DNA of 41,770 bases from the NCBI GenBank assembly GCA_030019325.1, contig JASEFB010000001.1:1-41770 (forward strand). Direction: 5' to 3'. Below are positions 8,476 through 18,107 of the stretch, piece after piece. The DNA comes from an archaeon. Its GTDB lineage: Archaea > Halobacteriota > Syntropharchaeia > Alkanophagales > Methanospirareceae. The notes below the pieces were generated by a model. It was given only the letters and a program-made list of their open reading frames with translations, did no database searches and had not been told where the DNA came from. The position numbers were made by a program, and so were the translations under genes. Every line of letters starts with the position of its first letter. The stretch's first letter is position 1.

Positions 8476-8637
8476 ATGGGTATGGCTACGGATACTCACG
8501 ATGTTGTGAAAAAGGGAAAAAAAGAAAAATGGGAAAAAGTTAAACTGAAAGAAGTCTTGAGGAATCCCAAATTCTTAGGTAAGACCATTCGATTAGGTGA
8601 TAAGATTTTTGAAGTGAAAGGAGTGATGAAAGAGTAG
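8476..8637 (+). CDS. Possible 53-aa small basic protein
   Basis: MGMATDTHDVVKKGKKEKWEKVKLKEVLRNPKFLGKTIRLGDKIFEVKGVMKE. A GAGGAG lies about 9 nt upstream of the ATG. Below the track cutoff; no family recognised. Confidence 0.3.
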   Translation: MGMATDTHDVVKKGKKEKWEKVKLKEVLRNPKFLGKTIRLGDKIFEVKGVMKE

Positions 8638-8742
8638 GAATAAATTAGACCGAAGAAAGAGGCGTTGCACTAGAATTTCTTAAGCGTTTATTTAACATTT
8701 ATACATGCTAAAAATTAATAACTAAAAGGGAGGTGAAAGAAA

Positions 8743-8970
8743 ATGGTAAAGGTGTTTACTCTGGTAAGCGCAGAGGTTGGCAAAGCAAAAGAGGTGCTGA
8801 GTGGGCTTAAGAAGACAGGCTTGGAAGTGTATCCTTTGTTTGGTGAGTACGATTTCATCGTGATAGCTGAAACGGTGGATCTCAAAACAGCGACCGCAAC
8901 GATACTTGAGAAGATTCAAGCCGTCAAGGGAGTGACCAGAACAAGGACTTTGGTGGGCGCCGAGATTTGA
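8743..8970 (+). CDS. Standalone Lrp/AsnC-type ligand-binding (RAM) domain protein
   Basis: 75 aa. The sequence VKVFTLVSAEVGKAKEVLSGLKKTGLEVYPLFGEYDFIVIAETVDLKTATATILEKIQAVKGVTRTRTLV fits the AsnC_trans_reg domain pattern. Confidence 0.8.
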   Translation: MVKVFTLVSAEVGKAKEVLSGLKKTGLEVYPLFGEYDFIVIAETVDLKTATATILEKIQAVKGVTRTRTLVGAEI

Positions 8971-9031
8971 CTTGACGTAAACCGTGAAACTTTAACCAGG
9001 GGGGTACGGGCTCTTTCCTATCCTCTGTTAA

Positions 9032-9039
9032 TTTTTTTT
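9032..9039 (+). terminator. Oligo-T tract, candidate archaeal terminator
   Basis: A run of eight T about 60 nt downstream of the RAM-domain gene stop. Confidence 0.3.
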
Positions 9040-9110
9040 CGCATCTGTGCTTCTACAAAGATACCATATAATTCAGAGTGCGGTGGATTGTGAAATTTCC
9101 CCAATACATG

Positions 9111-10040
9111 TCACATAACTACGATAACCAAAAGAATCATGCAGACTTTTGCAGTAATACTACTCAGATACATTATAGCGGTTATTTTCATACCGAGCTT
9201 CCCAAACAAAGAGATATTCGTGGAAAGACTGTATTTCAGATATACCAGCGTTATCACTAAGATACTTCCAATAAGTAGTGTTATAAGAGCTTGTTTTGCA
9301 GTGATCACTTCTTTTGCAAGCAGCGCGGCAATAATAGCGTAGCCTGCGGAGAAATGAGCTAAATCTGCAATGAGCGCGGTTATTACCTCCCCGGGTAAAT
9401 CTAATACCCGTAGAATGGGATCGAAGAGTATACTGATATAGTTCATAATTCCACGTGTGAAGAGGAAATCGATGACCAAGAATGCCACCACCATTATGGG
9501 AATTATCCTTATTAATGTGGTAGACGATTTTTTCAGTGCCGTCTTCAGCTTTTGACTAGAGGGTGTTTTCGTGGCATTCACATAGATCTCTTCTTCGCTA
9601 CACGTTAGTGGAGGAAAGTTGACTTTGGCATACATGAAAGCGGCAAAGGATTGTAGAAATGCGGCGAGAAACCCAAGCGCAATGTAGATGCTCCCGATGA
9701 AAGGACCTAAGAGCACGAGTGCGATCGGTACGTGCACTCTGAACAGCGATTCACCAACGACAATAGGAAACGTGCTCATCACCAACGTGAGTATCGTTTC
9801 CTTATCACCAATTTTACCCTCGTGATAGAACCCTGCCAAGGTTGATTTCCCCGCGGTGGGATTGAAGAAGGAAGCGAAGAGAGAAACTGCACCCTCTTTC
9901 GGGAGGTTTGATGCCCGGCAGAACGGTCGTATGAGCGGTGATAATTTTCTCATCGAGTCACTTTCAAGCACGATGTTCGCAATGATCACACCTGCGGTAA
10001 TGAGGAGTACAGATCGGATTAAATAGGTCGCTGTGGTCAT
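9111..10040 (-). CDS. Nucleoside-recognition (Gate) domain membrane protein
   Basis: 309 aa and polytopic. The segment LSPLIRPFCRASNLPKEGAVSLFASFFNPTAGKSTLAGFY resembles the Gate domain of FeoB-C/SpmA-like proteins. Confidence 0.6.
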   Translation of the reverse strand: MTTATYLIRSVLLITAGVIIANIVLESDSMRKLSPLIRPFCRASNLPKEGAVSLFASFFNPTAGKSTLAGFYHEGKIGDKETILTLVMSTFPIVVGESLFRVHVPIALVLLGPFIGSIYIALGFLAAFLQSFAAFMYAKVNFPPLTCSEEEIYVNATKTPSSQKLKTALKKSSTTLIRIIPIMVVAFLVIDFLFTRGIMNYISILFDPILRVLDLPGEVITALIADLAHFSAGYAIIAALLAKEVITAKQALITLLIGSILVITLVYLKYSLSTNISLFGKLGMKITAIMYLSSITAKVCMILLVIVVM

Positions 10041-10178
10041 TGGTTTATTACTAATGTAGCAGTTCGAGGAGATATAAAAAATAGAGGGATAGCGCTGAAG
10101 TCCTCAAAAAACAAAGCAGAGAATTGGAAAATCTAAAGCACTGTTTTTAGATTGGCTCAATCAATAATATATTATCAA

Positions 10179-11426
10179 TCACACATCTAACCTGCTCTGT
10201 TTTGTTCTTCGCTCTGCAAGCTTACTCCATCTCCGGTAATCCTTCAATTTCCATGCACCTGCCTTCTTCAGGTCGGGAATCCCACATGCAGGCTCGTTTT
10301 CCGAGAAGTGGCATTGTAAACAATTCCCATCACAACCTGTAACAGGTTCAAACTGCTTCCCATCACCCTGTCTTACATAAATCGGTATATCAAAGCCTTC
10401 GCAATTCCATGAACTCATAAACTCCTTATTCAACCCTACGACCTTCTTCCCACCGAGCGACTCGAACTCCATACAGAGCCCCATCGTCACGTTATGCTCA
10501 GCACAAATCTCGCGTACCATTCCAAACAACTTTCTCCGGTAGTCTATGGAGGCGTGAAGACGCCCACCGAGCTCTTCAGTATACAAGTGGTTCAGCATCC
10601 GTTTCGGAATTCCAGCCCTTTTCTCCAGTTCATCACCTATTTCATACTTCAGTGCTTTGGGAATATCCATACAACTCGTTATTATGTGCCCTGCACCGGC
10701 TTCAACCACCTTCCGCACTAATTCTTCCAATTCCTCTCTTTTATCCGTCACGTAGGGGATTATTGGGTCAATTCGGCACACGGCGAACTTATCCTCATTG
10801 GCAAGCCGTTCTATATTACGCACCAGTTCGTCTGTTGCTGCACCACCTGCCATCAGTCGCTCTCTTTTATCTTCATCCAGCGTGAGAATAGAGACTTCTC
10901 CAAAGGAGTGCTCTTGTTTTTTCATCAATTTTAGGGACTTTTCGCTTATTCTCCCTTTTGTGGTGAGCTTCACCGGGATATTGCGATCGACAAACTCTTT
11001 TATTATCTTCTCACTCAACTGGTATCGTTCATTTATCGGCTGGAACGGGTCGGTAACCGGTGAGAGGAACCCGCAGCTTGCGATGTTGAGCCCGTCCAAT
11101 TGCCGCGCGACTCTTGTATCAAAATCCTTGAATACTGCAACGACCCCTTTCTCTCGAAAGAGCCTGAAATAGCCACCTAACGCATGTGAATAACAGAAGA
11201 GGCAGTTATGGCTACACCCGTTATACGGGTTTATCAAAAGCTTCTCGGCGGTGCATTCTCTATTTCCATAAGGTTCAACTCCATTCCACCAGCCGTGTAA
11301 CTCCTTATTCGAATCAACCAGGATATGAGGTACCGGGGTTTGTATAACCTCAAATTCTTTGGTTCTTCGTCCAAATTCAATGGTTATCGCAGTAGTTTTG
11401 GTATCCATATCTAAAATAGCGTACAC
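10179..11426 (-). CDS. Radical SAM protein (SplB/COG1533-like)
   Basis: INPYNGCSHNCLFCYSH carries the CxxxCxxC cluster motif in the context typical of DNA-photolyase-like radical SAM enzymes. There is a Cys-rich C-terminus (GCDGNCLQCH...ACG). Confidence 0.7.
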   Translation of the reverse strand: MYAILDMDTKTTAITIEFGRRTKEFEVIQTPVPHILVDSNKELHGWWNGVEPYGNRECTAEKLLINPYNGCSHNCLFCYSHALGGYFRLFREKGVVAVFKDFDTRVARQLDGLNIASCGFLSPVTDPFQPINERYQLSEKIIKEFVDRNIPVKLTTKGRISEKSLKLMKKQEHSFGEVSILTLDEDKRERLMAGGAATDELVRNIERLANEDKFAVCRIDPIIPYVTDKREELEELVRKVVEAGAGHIITSCMDIPKALKYEIGDELEKRAGIPKRMLNHLYTEELGGRLHASIDYRRKLFGMVREICAEHNVTMGLCMEFESLGGKKVVGLNKEFMSSWNCEGFDIPIYVRQGDGKQFEPVTGCDGNCLQCHFSENEPACGIPDLKKAGAWKLKDYRRWSKLAERRTKQSRLDV

Positions 11427-11452
11427 GTGCTATTTATAGGTGAAAAACGACC

Positions 11453-12661
11453 CTACAGTGGGGGTCTCACTCCGAGGGTCAAATCGAGGTTTAAGAGCTC
11501 GCCTTCCCGGATTATTTTAAACGAGACGGTGTCGCCGGGCTTCTTGTTTCGTTCGATATATACAATTGCATCGATAAGCCTTCTCACCTCTACATCATCA
11601 ACACCGACGATGACATCCCCTCCAATCATAACCGTTCTTCCGCCTACAGTGGTCGTTTGAGTGCCTGCTTTGATGCCTGCCAGCTCAGCGGGGCTGTCTG
11701 GACTCACATAGACGACTACCGTGCCCTTCGTAATGTTAAGACCCATAGCCGCTGCTATATCAGGATCAATATCCATCGAGGAGATGCCAATCCACGGGTG
11801 CCTGTATTGACCCGTTTGAATGAGTTGCGGGACTTCACGGATCACGGTATCTGACGGGATAGCGAATCCAACTCCAACGGAACCTATAATTATAGCAGTA
11901 TTGACGCCGACCACTTCACCACGCATATTCATAAGAGGACCACCCGAATTACCAGGATTTATCGCGGCATCAACTTGAATTACATCCACAATTTTATAGT
12001 TACCCGGAGCGTCAAGCTCCCTGCCCAGCTGACTTACAATGCCAAGACTCATCGAATTGCTCAAGCCAAATGGGTTTCCGATGGCCATGACGCTTTCGCC
12101 AACCAGAAGCTCAGATGAGCTACCTACCGGGAGGGGATGAAGCAGATCAGCCGGTCCTTCTACCCTAATAACCGCCAGGTCACTGTACGGGTCAGCCCCG
12201 ACAAGTTCAGCAGGCAAGATCGTTCCATCGCCGAACGTAACATCTATCGCATCCGCATCCTCAATCACATGGTTGTTCGTGATGATGTGTCCTTCCCTAT
12301 CGTAAATGAACCCTGAACCGCTCGAAAAGGGCTCTAAACCATAGAGGGTCTGCCACTTAGCCGTAACCAGGATGACTGATTCTTTTGACAGATCGTAAAT
12401 CTGAACCGGAGTCACGCCGGTTGAAGGTTGACTTACGTTCAAACCTGTAAGCGGTTCGAGATGAGACCTTAAGCTTTCGATTGATGCCTTAAGGCTTTCA
12501 TGATCTGAGATGATTGAATCCTGTTTATTTTGAAGTTCTGCGAAGTTTTGCTGAAAGCCTATAATTAGGTAAGAAAACAACCCTATTTGGGCTATGAGAA
12601 TCAGTATCAGCGCAATCGAAACATACATCCATTTGCTTTGAGGTTTGGGCTCTGCTGCCAT
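11453..12661 (-). CDS. HtrA/DegP-family serine protease with a PDZ domain
   Basis: N-terminal TM anchor; TNNHV (His), D...AVI and GNSGGPL (Ser) catalytic blocks; C-terminal PDZ-like region (SPAELAGIKAG...GDVIVGVD). Confidence 0.85.
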   Translation of the reverse strand: MAAEPKPQSKWMYVSIALILILIAQIGLFSYLIIGFQQNFAELQNKQDSIISDHESLKASIESLRSHLEPLTGLNVSQPSTGVTPVQIYDLSKESVILVTAKWQTLYGLEPFSSGSGFIYDREGHIITNNHVIEDADAIDVTFGDGTILPAELVGADPYSDLAVIRVEGPADLLHPLPVGSSSELLVGESVMAIGNPFGLSNSMSLGIVSQLGRELDAPGNYKIVDVIQVDAAINPGNSGGPLMNMRGEVVGVNTAIIIGSVGVGFAIPSDTVIREVPQLIQTGQYRHPWIGISSMDIDPDIAAAMGLNITKGTVVVYVSPDSPAELAGIKAGTQTTTVGGRTVMIGGDVIVGVDDVEVRRLIDAIVYIERNKKPGDTVSFKIIREGELLNLDLTLGVRPPL

Positions 12662-12784
12662 TTTATGTTCATCACGCTAGCTAGCCAGCTCAGCTAACTC
12701 CTTCAAAATCACGTTATCTATAAAGAATGATTTTCATAAATATATCTTTTCTTTTGAGCTCAATGCTCAACGTCTAACTTCAAC

Positions 12785-13444
12785 CTATTTTACCAGTTGC
12801 AGTTTAAGGATAACCCCTTTATCTACCACAGTTTTTCTCGAAAAGCGTATTTCCGGGGAGGAAAGAATCTCGTCAATCTCTCGCACTGTTATAGACGAAT
12901 GCGCCCTAACCAGGTTGAGGAAAACGAAAGCTAACAACCAGCCATATCTCTCTCTGAACTGCGCGTTTACTTCTTTCGTTGTGTCCCGCCTCGCGTCATA
13001 AATCCAAGCTTCGCCATTCTTTTTAAGAACACGATTAATCTCCTTCAGGCATTCAGAAGGTCTTAACCAGTGATGCAAGCTGAGCGTGCTTACCACCAGG
13101 TCAAAATATCCATCCTCAAAGGGTAGATCTGCTGCATTGGCACGTTGAACCCTCACGTGGTCAGAGATCCCCCACTTTTCTGCATTTTTAGTCGCTATCG
13201 CTACCATGGCTGGAGAGAGATCAATACCTACGATTTCCAAATTCGGAGCCCTCTTCGCAATCTCAACGGGTAGATAAGCCGGACCTGTTCCTACATCCAG
13301 TATTCTTCCAGCAATTATTTTGGAGGTGACCTCTTCTGCCACCTCGATACACAAATCTCGTAATGGAGGGCTCTTTCTCGCAATCCATGAGTATACCCGA
13401 GCGCCGGGGTTAGGGATGCTCTCGATTTTAAACCTTCTTTTCAT
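12785..13444 (-). CDS. Class I SAM-dependent methyltransferase
   Basis: ILDVGTGPAYLPVEIA (motif I), IVGIDLSPAM and FDLVVSTLSLHHW are typical of the Methyltransf_11/25 fold. Confidence 0.8.
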   Translation of the reverse strand: MKRRFKIESIPNPGARVYSWIARKSPPLRDLCIEVAEEVTSKIIAGRILDVGTGPAYLPVEIAKRAPNLEIVGIDLSPAMVAIATKNAEKWGISDHVRVQRANAADLPFEDGYFDLVVSTLSLHHWLRPSECLKEINRVLKKNGEAWIYDARRDTTKEVNAQFRERYGWLLAFVFLNLVRAHSSITVREIDEILSSPEIRFSRKTVVDKGVILKLQLVK

Positions 13445-13616
13445 GATTCAAGCTCTTAAAAATGGTTTTTTCAACGCTTCTTCATATCCGCGTAGGTATT
13501 CCGCCTTACGCGTATGTTAAAAAAAAAATTAAGTATATTGCTCTTATTTTTATTAGATCTGAAAAGATTTTTATAATTTCCCCTGTTTTATTTATGGGTG
13601 GGTAGTGGAGTAAAAA

Positions 13617-13853
13617 ATGTTCATGTTGGATAAAGACATGCAGATTTTGCGTGTTATAGCTAATTCATCGTCACAAACTATCTCTCACGAGCACATATTT
13701 TTGGAAGCGAAAAAGACGTCAAGTATGGAGGAAGACCAGGTCGAGGAATCCTTAAAGACCCTCGAATTGAATGGTTTGGTAGGAAGACGGGGGGATTTGT
13801 ATTATACGACGACTAAAGGGAGCATAATTGCCAGGAAAGGGATGTCATTATGA
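13617..13853 (+). CDS. Small putative winged-helix protein
   Basis: 78 aa, AT-rich. EESLKTLELNGLVGRRGDLYYTTTKG looks like a wHTH wing. It overlaps the next gene by 4 nt (ATGA). Confidence 0.4.
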   Translation: MFMLDKDMQILRVIANSSSQTISHEHIFLEAKKTSSMEEDQVEESLKTLELNGLVGRRGDLYYTTTKGSIIARKGMSL

Positions 13854-14461
13854 CGATGGAGTTTATCAATTATTTAGGAAGCAACTATCCTTACTTCATG
13901 ATTTTTCTCATGATACTCTTCGTGTGGGATTTAATAGATCTTTACGTTGACCGTAAAAATTATCGGTTCTTGCGAATGCAAACATTTTGGGTTTATTACT
14001 TAGCACGAGGTTTTTTTGGTATTATCATTATGGAATTGGTGTGGACGTTAAACCTGGTTAATTTAACTAATAAATACCTCTTTGCTACGGTCACTCCTTT
14101 TCTCTTTACCACATTCTTACAGAATTTAGTTGTTGCGATCGGAGGTCAGGAAGTAAATATTCGAGATGTATTTCTGAAATTCAGGGATTCGATTTTGGAG
14201 AGTCTTGCATCTGCTCTTAATATAGAACGCAGTGAAGCGAAATCGCTGTTATCTAACTCACACATAAGCATAGATAGTTTAAGAGAAGAATGTCGTATTG
14301 TCCTGGGGAAGAAGGATTTTGAGAAGTTTGAATCAACATTAAATGAAACGAATGCAAAAGATCTCACATTGGAGTATATAGATAAAATAGTTAACCATCT
14401 TCCACCAGATGAAGTAAATAAGCATGTAAAGAACATAATTAAGAGATATACCAAGAAATGA
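13850..14461 (+). CDS. Hypothetical membrane protein (3-4 TM plus a soluble tail)
   Basis: 203-aa ORF translationally coupled to 13617-13853. No motif recognised. Confidence 0.5.
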   Translation: MTMEFINYLGSNYPYFMIFLMILFVWDLIDLYVDRKNYRFLRMQTFWVYYLARGFFGIIIMELVWTLNLVNLTNKYLFATVTPFLFTTFLQNLVVAIGGQEVNIRDVFLKFRDSILESLASALNIERSEAKSLLSNSHISIDSLREECRIVLGKKDFEKFESTLNETNAKDLTLEYIDKIVNHLPPDEVNKHVKNIIKRYTKK

Positions 14462-14473
14462 CCCGGTAGAATT

Positions 14474-15208
14474 TTAATCAAAGAACCCAGCGGGTTGTAT
14501 AAGAAACTCCAGCTTCTCAGGTTCTCTAAGCAGTTCATACATCGCCCCGTCTGTGCCCAGCTCGATCTCCTCTGGCCTTATCTCCGAGGGTGTTGCGTAT
14601 CTGATATCTGGCACCTCGTCGTATCGTTCGTTCTTGATGAACTCGCTGGTTGTCAGTTCGAAATAGGCCGCACCGCCCTTTTGCTTTATCGGCTCGTAGA
14701 TCGAGGAGAACGTCCGGGCAACCCAGTTCGCCATCTTCAAGGTCGATTCCGAGGGGTTAATCGTGACGTGCCCGTAATTTGGCGGGATGAGCACCTTATC
14801 ACCTCTTTTCGCTTCGACCACAACGACATCGGTTATGGTTTCGACGTGGCGTTCCTCAGATCTCCGTTGCAGGAGATAATGTGCTTCACCTTCCTGTACT
14901 TCATACAGCTCCGGATAGGTGAGGTTTGAACCCGGGAGATAGGGATGATAATGGCCCGCGGTTTTAACAAATTCCACGCCGAGCGTATTCGGCGGGATAA
15001 TCGTGATGTCGTATCTCAGCCCTCGTTCCTCTATCCTTTTCGCGTCCACTTCGTCCTTTGCTACATCCCTGAACATGTAATACAGCTCCATATCCATATT
15101 CGCACGCGCTAAAAACTGCTTGTCAAATATGACCTCCTTCATCTCCTCCAATATCCTCACGTCAGGAAAAAACGTTCGTTCTCCGAAGGTTAACTCAGTC
15201 CACGGCAT
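14474..15208 (-). CDS. Cupin-type glucose-6-phosphate isomerase family protein
   Basis: TAGHYHP...YPELYEVQEGEAHYLLQ...VLIPPNYGHVTIN matches the metal-binding cupin motifs of archaeal cPGI (Pyrococcus, Archaeoglobus and Methanosarcina type). Confidence 0.75.
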   Translation of the reverse strand: MPWTELTFGERTFFPDVRILEEMKEVIFDKQFLARANMDMELYYMFRDVAKDEVDAKRIEERGLRYDITIIPPNTLGVEFVKTAGHYHPYLPGSNLTYPELYEVQEGEAHYLLQRRSEERHVETITDVVVVEAKRGDKVLIPPNYGHVTINPSESTLKMANWVARTFSSIYEPIKQKGGAAYFELTTSEFIKNERYDEVPDIRYATPSEIRPEEIELGTDGAMYELLREPEKLEFLIQPAGFFD

Positions 15209-15320
15209 TTTCTTGTTCCACGCTACGTTACATCATCTTATTCCGTACTTAAATAAGTAGCCAGAACTCAAACGAACACTGTTGTTTGTCGATGAGGATA
15301 AGAAAGAGGTGAAGAAGTGC

Positions 15321-15623
15321 TGTGTACGTCTATTTCAACTATCACGGGCTGAGCTTGCTCAAACCCGGTAGCGTGTTCTGCTTCATATCCTCCAACTCGT
15401 GGCTTGACGTCGGATTCGGGGCGAAACTACGGGAGTTTCTGCTCAAGAATTCTTAGATATATTGATAATAGAGAAGATTAAATCTGACAGAAGATCTCTT
15501 GATAAATTCCTAATGGGGGAAATTTTAGGTCTAACAGAAGAAGAACAGAAAGATTTCTATCGGGCAGTTTGTGAGCTGGTGAAGCAGCGGCTGGAGAAGG
15601 AGAGGAGTGTGAAGAAAAGCTAA
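15321..15623 (+). pseudogene. Relic of an N6-adenine DNA methylase (Eco57I/BREX PglX-like), two fragments
   Basis: Frame 1 reads LLKPGSVFCFISSNSWLDVGFGAKLREFLLKNS then stop (15345-15455), like the block after the NPPY region in type IIG methylases. A second fragment ends GLTEEEQKDFYRAV... (15471-15623). Coordinates are approximate. Confidence 0.35.
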
Positions 15624-15686
15624 ACGAGGGAGGAATATAAATATTATAGGTATAAATAGATATACAATTGGAATTGGAGGACTAAA

Positions 15687-15932
15687 ATGGTAAGGACAAA
15701 GAGATTGCATGCCGTCTTTGATGGTAAGGTACTAAGACCCGAGACGGCAGTTGATTTGGAACCAAACGCTCGCTACCTTGTAACCATCGAGCGTAAAGAA
15801 GAAAGAAATGAGCAGAGCCTTTGGGATGTGCTGAGCACGCTCTCTGGAACGGTCGAAGGACCAGAAGATTGGTCAGAAGAGCATGACCATTATGTATATG
15901 GCACCCCCAAGCGTGCAAAGGTGCGAAGATGA
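15687..15932 (+). CDS. vapB: DUF104/AF2212-like antitoxin
   Basis: RLHAVFDGKVLRPETAVDLEPNARYLVTIE is the typical DUF104 N-terminal beta motif. It lies directly upstream of a PIN gene. Confidence 0.65.
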   Translation: MVRTKRLHAVFDGKVLRPETAVDLEPNARYLVTIERKEERNEQSLWDVLSTLSGTVEGPEDWSEEHDHYVYGTPKRAKVRR

Positions 15933-15949
15933 TCTGATAGGATAATACC

Positions 15950-16369
15950 ATGAACGACTCTCGTTTTTTCCTCGACGCTGCTTATGTGCTGGCGTTACTT
16001 AATCCTCACGATTTCTATCACAAACAAGCCAACGCACTATTTCCTTCGGTGCGTGTTGCGCACGAGGTGTGGATAACAGAAGCGGTATTGGTTGAAATAG
16101 GCAATGCACTGGCACGTTCAAATCGGTTTACTGCTGTTGCATTCATCAATAGCTGTTACGTCACCCCTAATGTCACTGTAGTTTCAGTGGATACCGCATT
16201 GGTGCATCGTGCAATAGACTTTTACCAAAGTCGAGAGGATAAAGAGTGGGGATTGACTGACTGCATTTCCTTTATTGTGATGGAAGATCATGGCTTAACA
16301 GATGCTTTAACGACAGACGAGCATTTTGAACAAGCAGGCTTCAGAGCACTGTTACGGGAAGATAGGTAA
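15950..16369 (+). CDS. vapC: PIN-domain toxin (VapC)
   Basis: FFLDAAYVLALL (first Asp), ITEAVLVEIGN (Glu) and LTDCISFIVMEDHGLTDALTTDEHFEQAGF (distal Asp residues) are the PIN acidic residues in canonical order. Confidence 0.8.
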   Translation: MNDSRFFLDAAYVLALLNPHDFYHKQANALFPSVRVAHEVWITEAVLVEIGNALARSNRFTAVAFINSCYVTPNVTVVSVDTALVHRAIDFYQSREDKEWGLTDCISFIVMEDHGLTDALTTDEHFEQAGFRALLREDR

Positions 16370-16426
16370 GCTAAAAATGCTGTCTGAAAGTGCAAAACGT
16401 GAGAGCTTGAGATTCTCGTATTCCAT

Positions 16427-16575
16427 CCGTAGAACCGATCGGCGCGGAACCGGTAGTATTTCCTTTTGTTACCTTTACAGATGTCCACTTTGCTTCTAAT
16501 TTAACGATAAATGTCACGCTTTATAGAGCTAGCACTGTGGACGAAGATAATAAAAGAGATGATGAAATGGACTGA
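16427..16575. repeat. Direct repeat copy A (~150 bp), left flank of the MntA/HepT cassette
   Basis: CCGTAGAACCGATCGGCGCGGAACCGGTA.TATTTCCTTTTGTT.CCTTT.CAGATGTCCA...CACGCTTTATAGAG... recurs at 17488-17640. On the minus strand it reads ..DICKGNKRKYYRFRADRFYG, which looks like the 5' end of a gene. A partial third copy of the tail lies near 15288-15320. Confidence 0.8.
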
Positions 16576-16752
16576 CGATGGATATAATAAAACGAAATTA
16601 AACAATGCGAAATTTTTAAGAAGTGGTTTATGTTTTTGATGATATTGAGACAGAGAAGCTATAAAAAGGCTGGTGGGTAATAGTACCATGAAGGTGAAAG
16701 AACGAGAAGAGTAAAATAGAATCATCGGAAAAAGCAGCGGTGGTGAGTTATT

Positions 16753-17076
16753 ATGATTTTGAAGCGGGAAATGATGAAAATGAATGACGAACTTGAAAGG
16801 ATCATAAAAACGCTCGCAGCGCATAAGGAAGAGTTAAAGCAAAGATACAAGGTCAAAGAGATCGGTATCTTTGGCTCTGTGGTGAGGGGTGAGCAGAAGG
16901 GAACAAGCGATGTAGATATACTGGTGGAGTTTGAAAAACCAATTGGATTTTTCACGTTTTTAGAACTCGAAGAATATTTAAGCAATTTACTGGGGCTTAA
17001 GGTTGATCTTGTCTCGAAAAAGGCTTTGAAACCGAATATAGGGAGGTATATATTGCAGGAGGTAATACCGATATGA
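16753..17076 (+). CDS. mntA: MNT-type nucleotidyltransferase antitoxin (MntA)
   Basis: GIFGSVVRGEQKGTSDVDILVEF is the GS-x(9-10)-DxD Pol-beta NTase motif. It overlaps the DUF86 gene by 4 nt. The true start may be an internal Met. Confidence 0.85.
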   Translation: MILKREMMKMNDELERIIKTLAAHKEELKQRYKVKEIGIFGSVVRGEQKGTSDVDILVEFEKPIGFFTFLELEEYLSNLLGLKVDLVSKKALKPNIGRYILQEVIPI

Positions 17077-17423
17077 AAAGGGACTTCAAAGATTATATCC
17101 AGGATATTTTATCATCTCTAGAGGAGGTTGAGGATTTTACAGAGGGATTGGATTTTGAAGACTTCTTAAGAGACAGAAAAACAATAAATGCAGTTATAAG
17201 GAGCCTTGAAATTATTGGTGAAGCTGCAAAGAAGATACCAGAAGATTTAAGAAATGGACATCCTGAGATGCCATGGAAGCGTATGACGGGTATGAGGGAT
17301 AAACTTATCCATGAGTATCATGGAGTGGATCTTGAAATAGTCTGGACAGTCATTAAAGAAGAGCTGCCCCCGCTGAAACCCCTGATAGAAAAGGTATTAA
17401 AGGAAATAGAGGGGAAGGAATGA
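17073..17423 (+). CDS. hepT: DUF86/HEPN toxin (HepT)
   Basis: The MKRDFKDYIQDIL start, AVIRSLEIIGEAAKKIP and GMRDKLIHEY (the Rx4-6H HEPN motif) are typical of DUF86. Confidence 0.85.
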   Translation: MKRDFKDYIQDILSSLEEVEDFTEGLDFEDFLRDRKTINAVIRSLEIIGEAAKKIPEDLRNGHPEMPWKRMTGMRDKLIHEYHGVDLEIVWTVIKEELPPLKPLIEKVLKEIEGKE

Positions 17424-17487
17424 AGAGATGAGATCAGCCTTAAAGCCGAGGATAGGGAAGCATATTGTAAAGGGGGCTGTTTACACA

Positions 17488-17640
17488 CCGTAGAACCGAT
17501 CGGCGCGGAACCGGTACTATTTCCTTTTGTTGCCTTTGCAGATGTCCATTATCTCAATCTAACGATTAATTTCACGCTTTATAGAGGTACCACGGTCGAT
17601 GAGGATTAGAAAGAGATGGAGAAATGGGTGGAAGGAGGGA
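17488..17640. repeat. Direct repeat copy B, right flank of the MntA/HepT cassette
   Basis: It aligns by eye with 16427-16575 over ~150 bp, with scattered substitutions and small indels. Confidence 0.8.
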
Positions 17641-17882
17641 TATGATTGCGGAAGTTATATGTATATAATAAGGAAAAATAGCGTGAACAGGAAATTAAAG
17701 AGAAGGATGAGAGATTAATGTTTAAAGAGGGAATGGTCATTGAAGGACCCTTCTGGCCGGAGTCCTATCCTCTATCTAATAAATAATCTTGCGAATAATC
17801 TTAAGATTGAGGAGAAGATGGAGGGAGTGAGGTTCATAGTTCCTCGTGATGAATGGAAGCATAAAACTAAGGAGGTGATACC

Positions 17883-18107
17883 ATGGAATCAATAGAAGAG
17901 AAAATAAAGCAATTGTCTCCAGAATCACAGAAGGAGGTTATGGATTTCGTTGATTTCTTGCTTCAAAAAGGGGAGAAAAGACCGAAGAGAAAGCTTAAAT
18001 TGGATTGGGCTGGCGCCTTAAAAGAGTTCCGTGATGAATATACTTCCGTAGAGCTTCAGCACAAAATATCAAAGTGGAGGCTTGAGGATGAACTTAATAG
18101 ACACTAA
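17883..18107 (+). CDS. vapB: DUF2281-type antitoxin
   Basis: EEKIKQLSPESQKEVMDFVDFLLQK is the DUF2281 signature. It overlaps the PIN gene. Confidence 0.7.
   Translation: MESIEEKIKQLSPESQKEVMDFVDFLLQKGEKRPKRKLKLDWAGALKEFRDEYTSVELQHKISKWRLEDELNRH

Noticed and set aside
10494-11172. Several 75-124-aa plus-strand ORFs
   Set aside because: They are antisense shadows inside the well-supported radical SAM gene 10179-11426.
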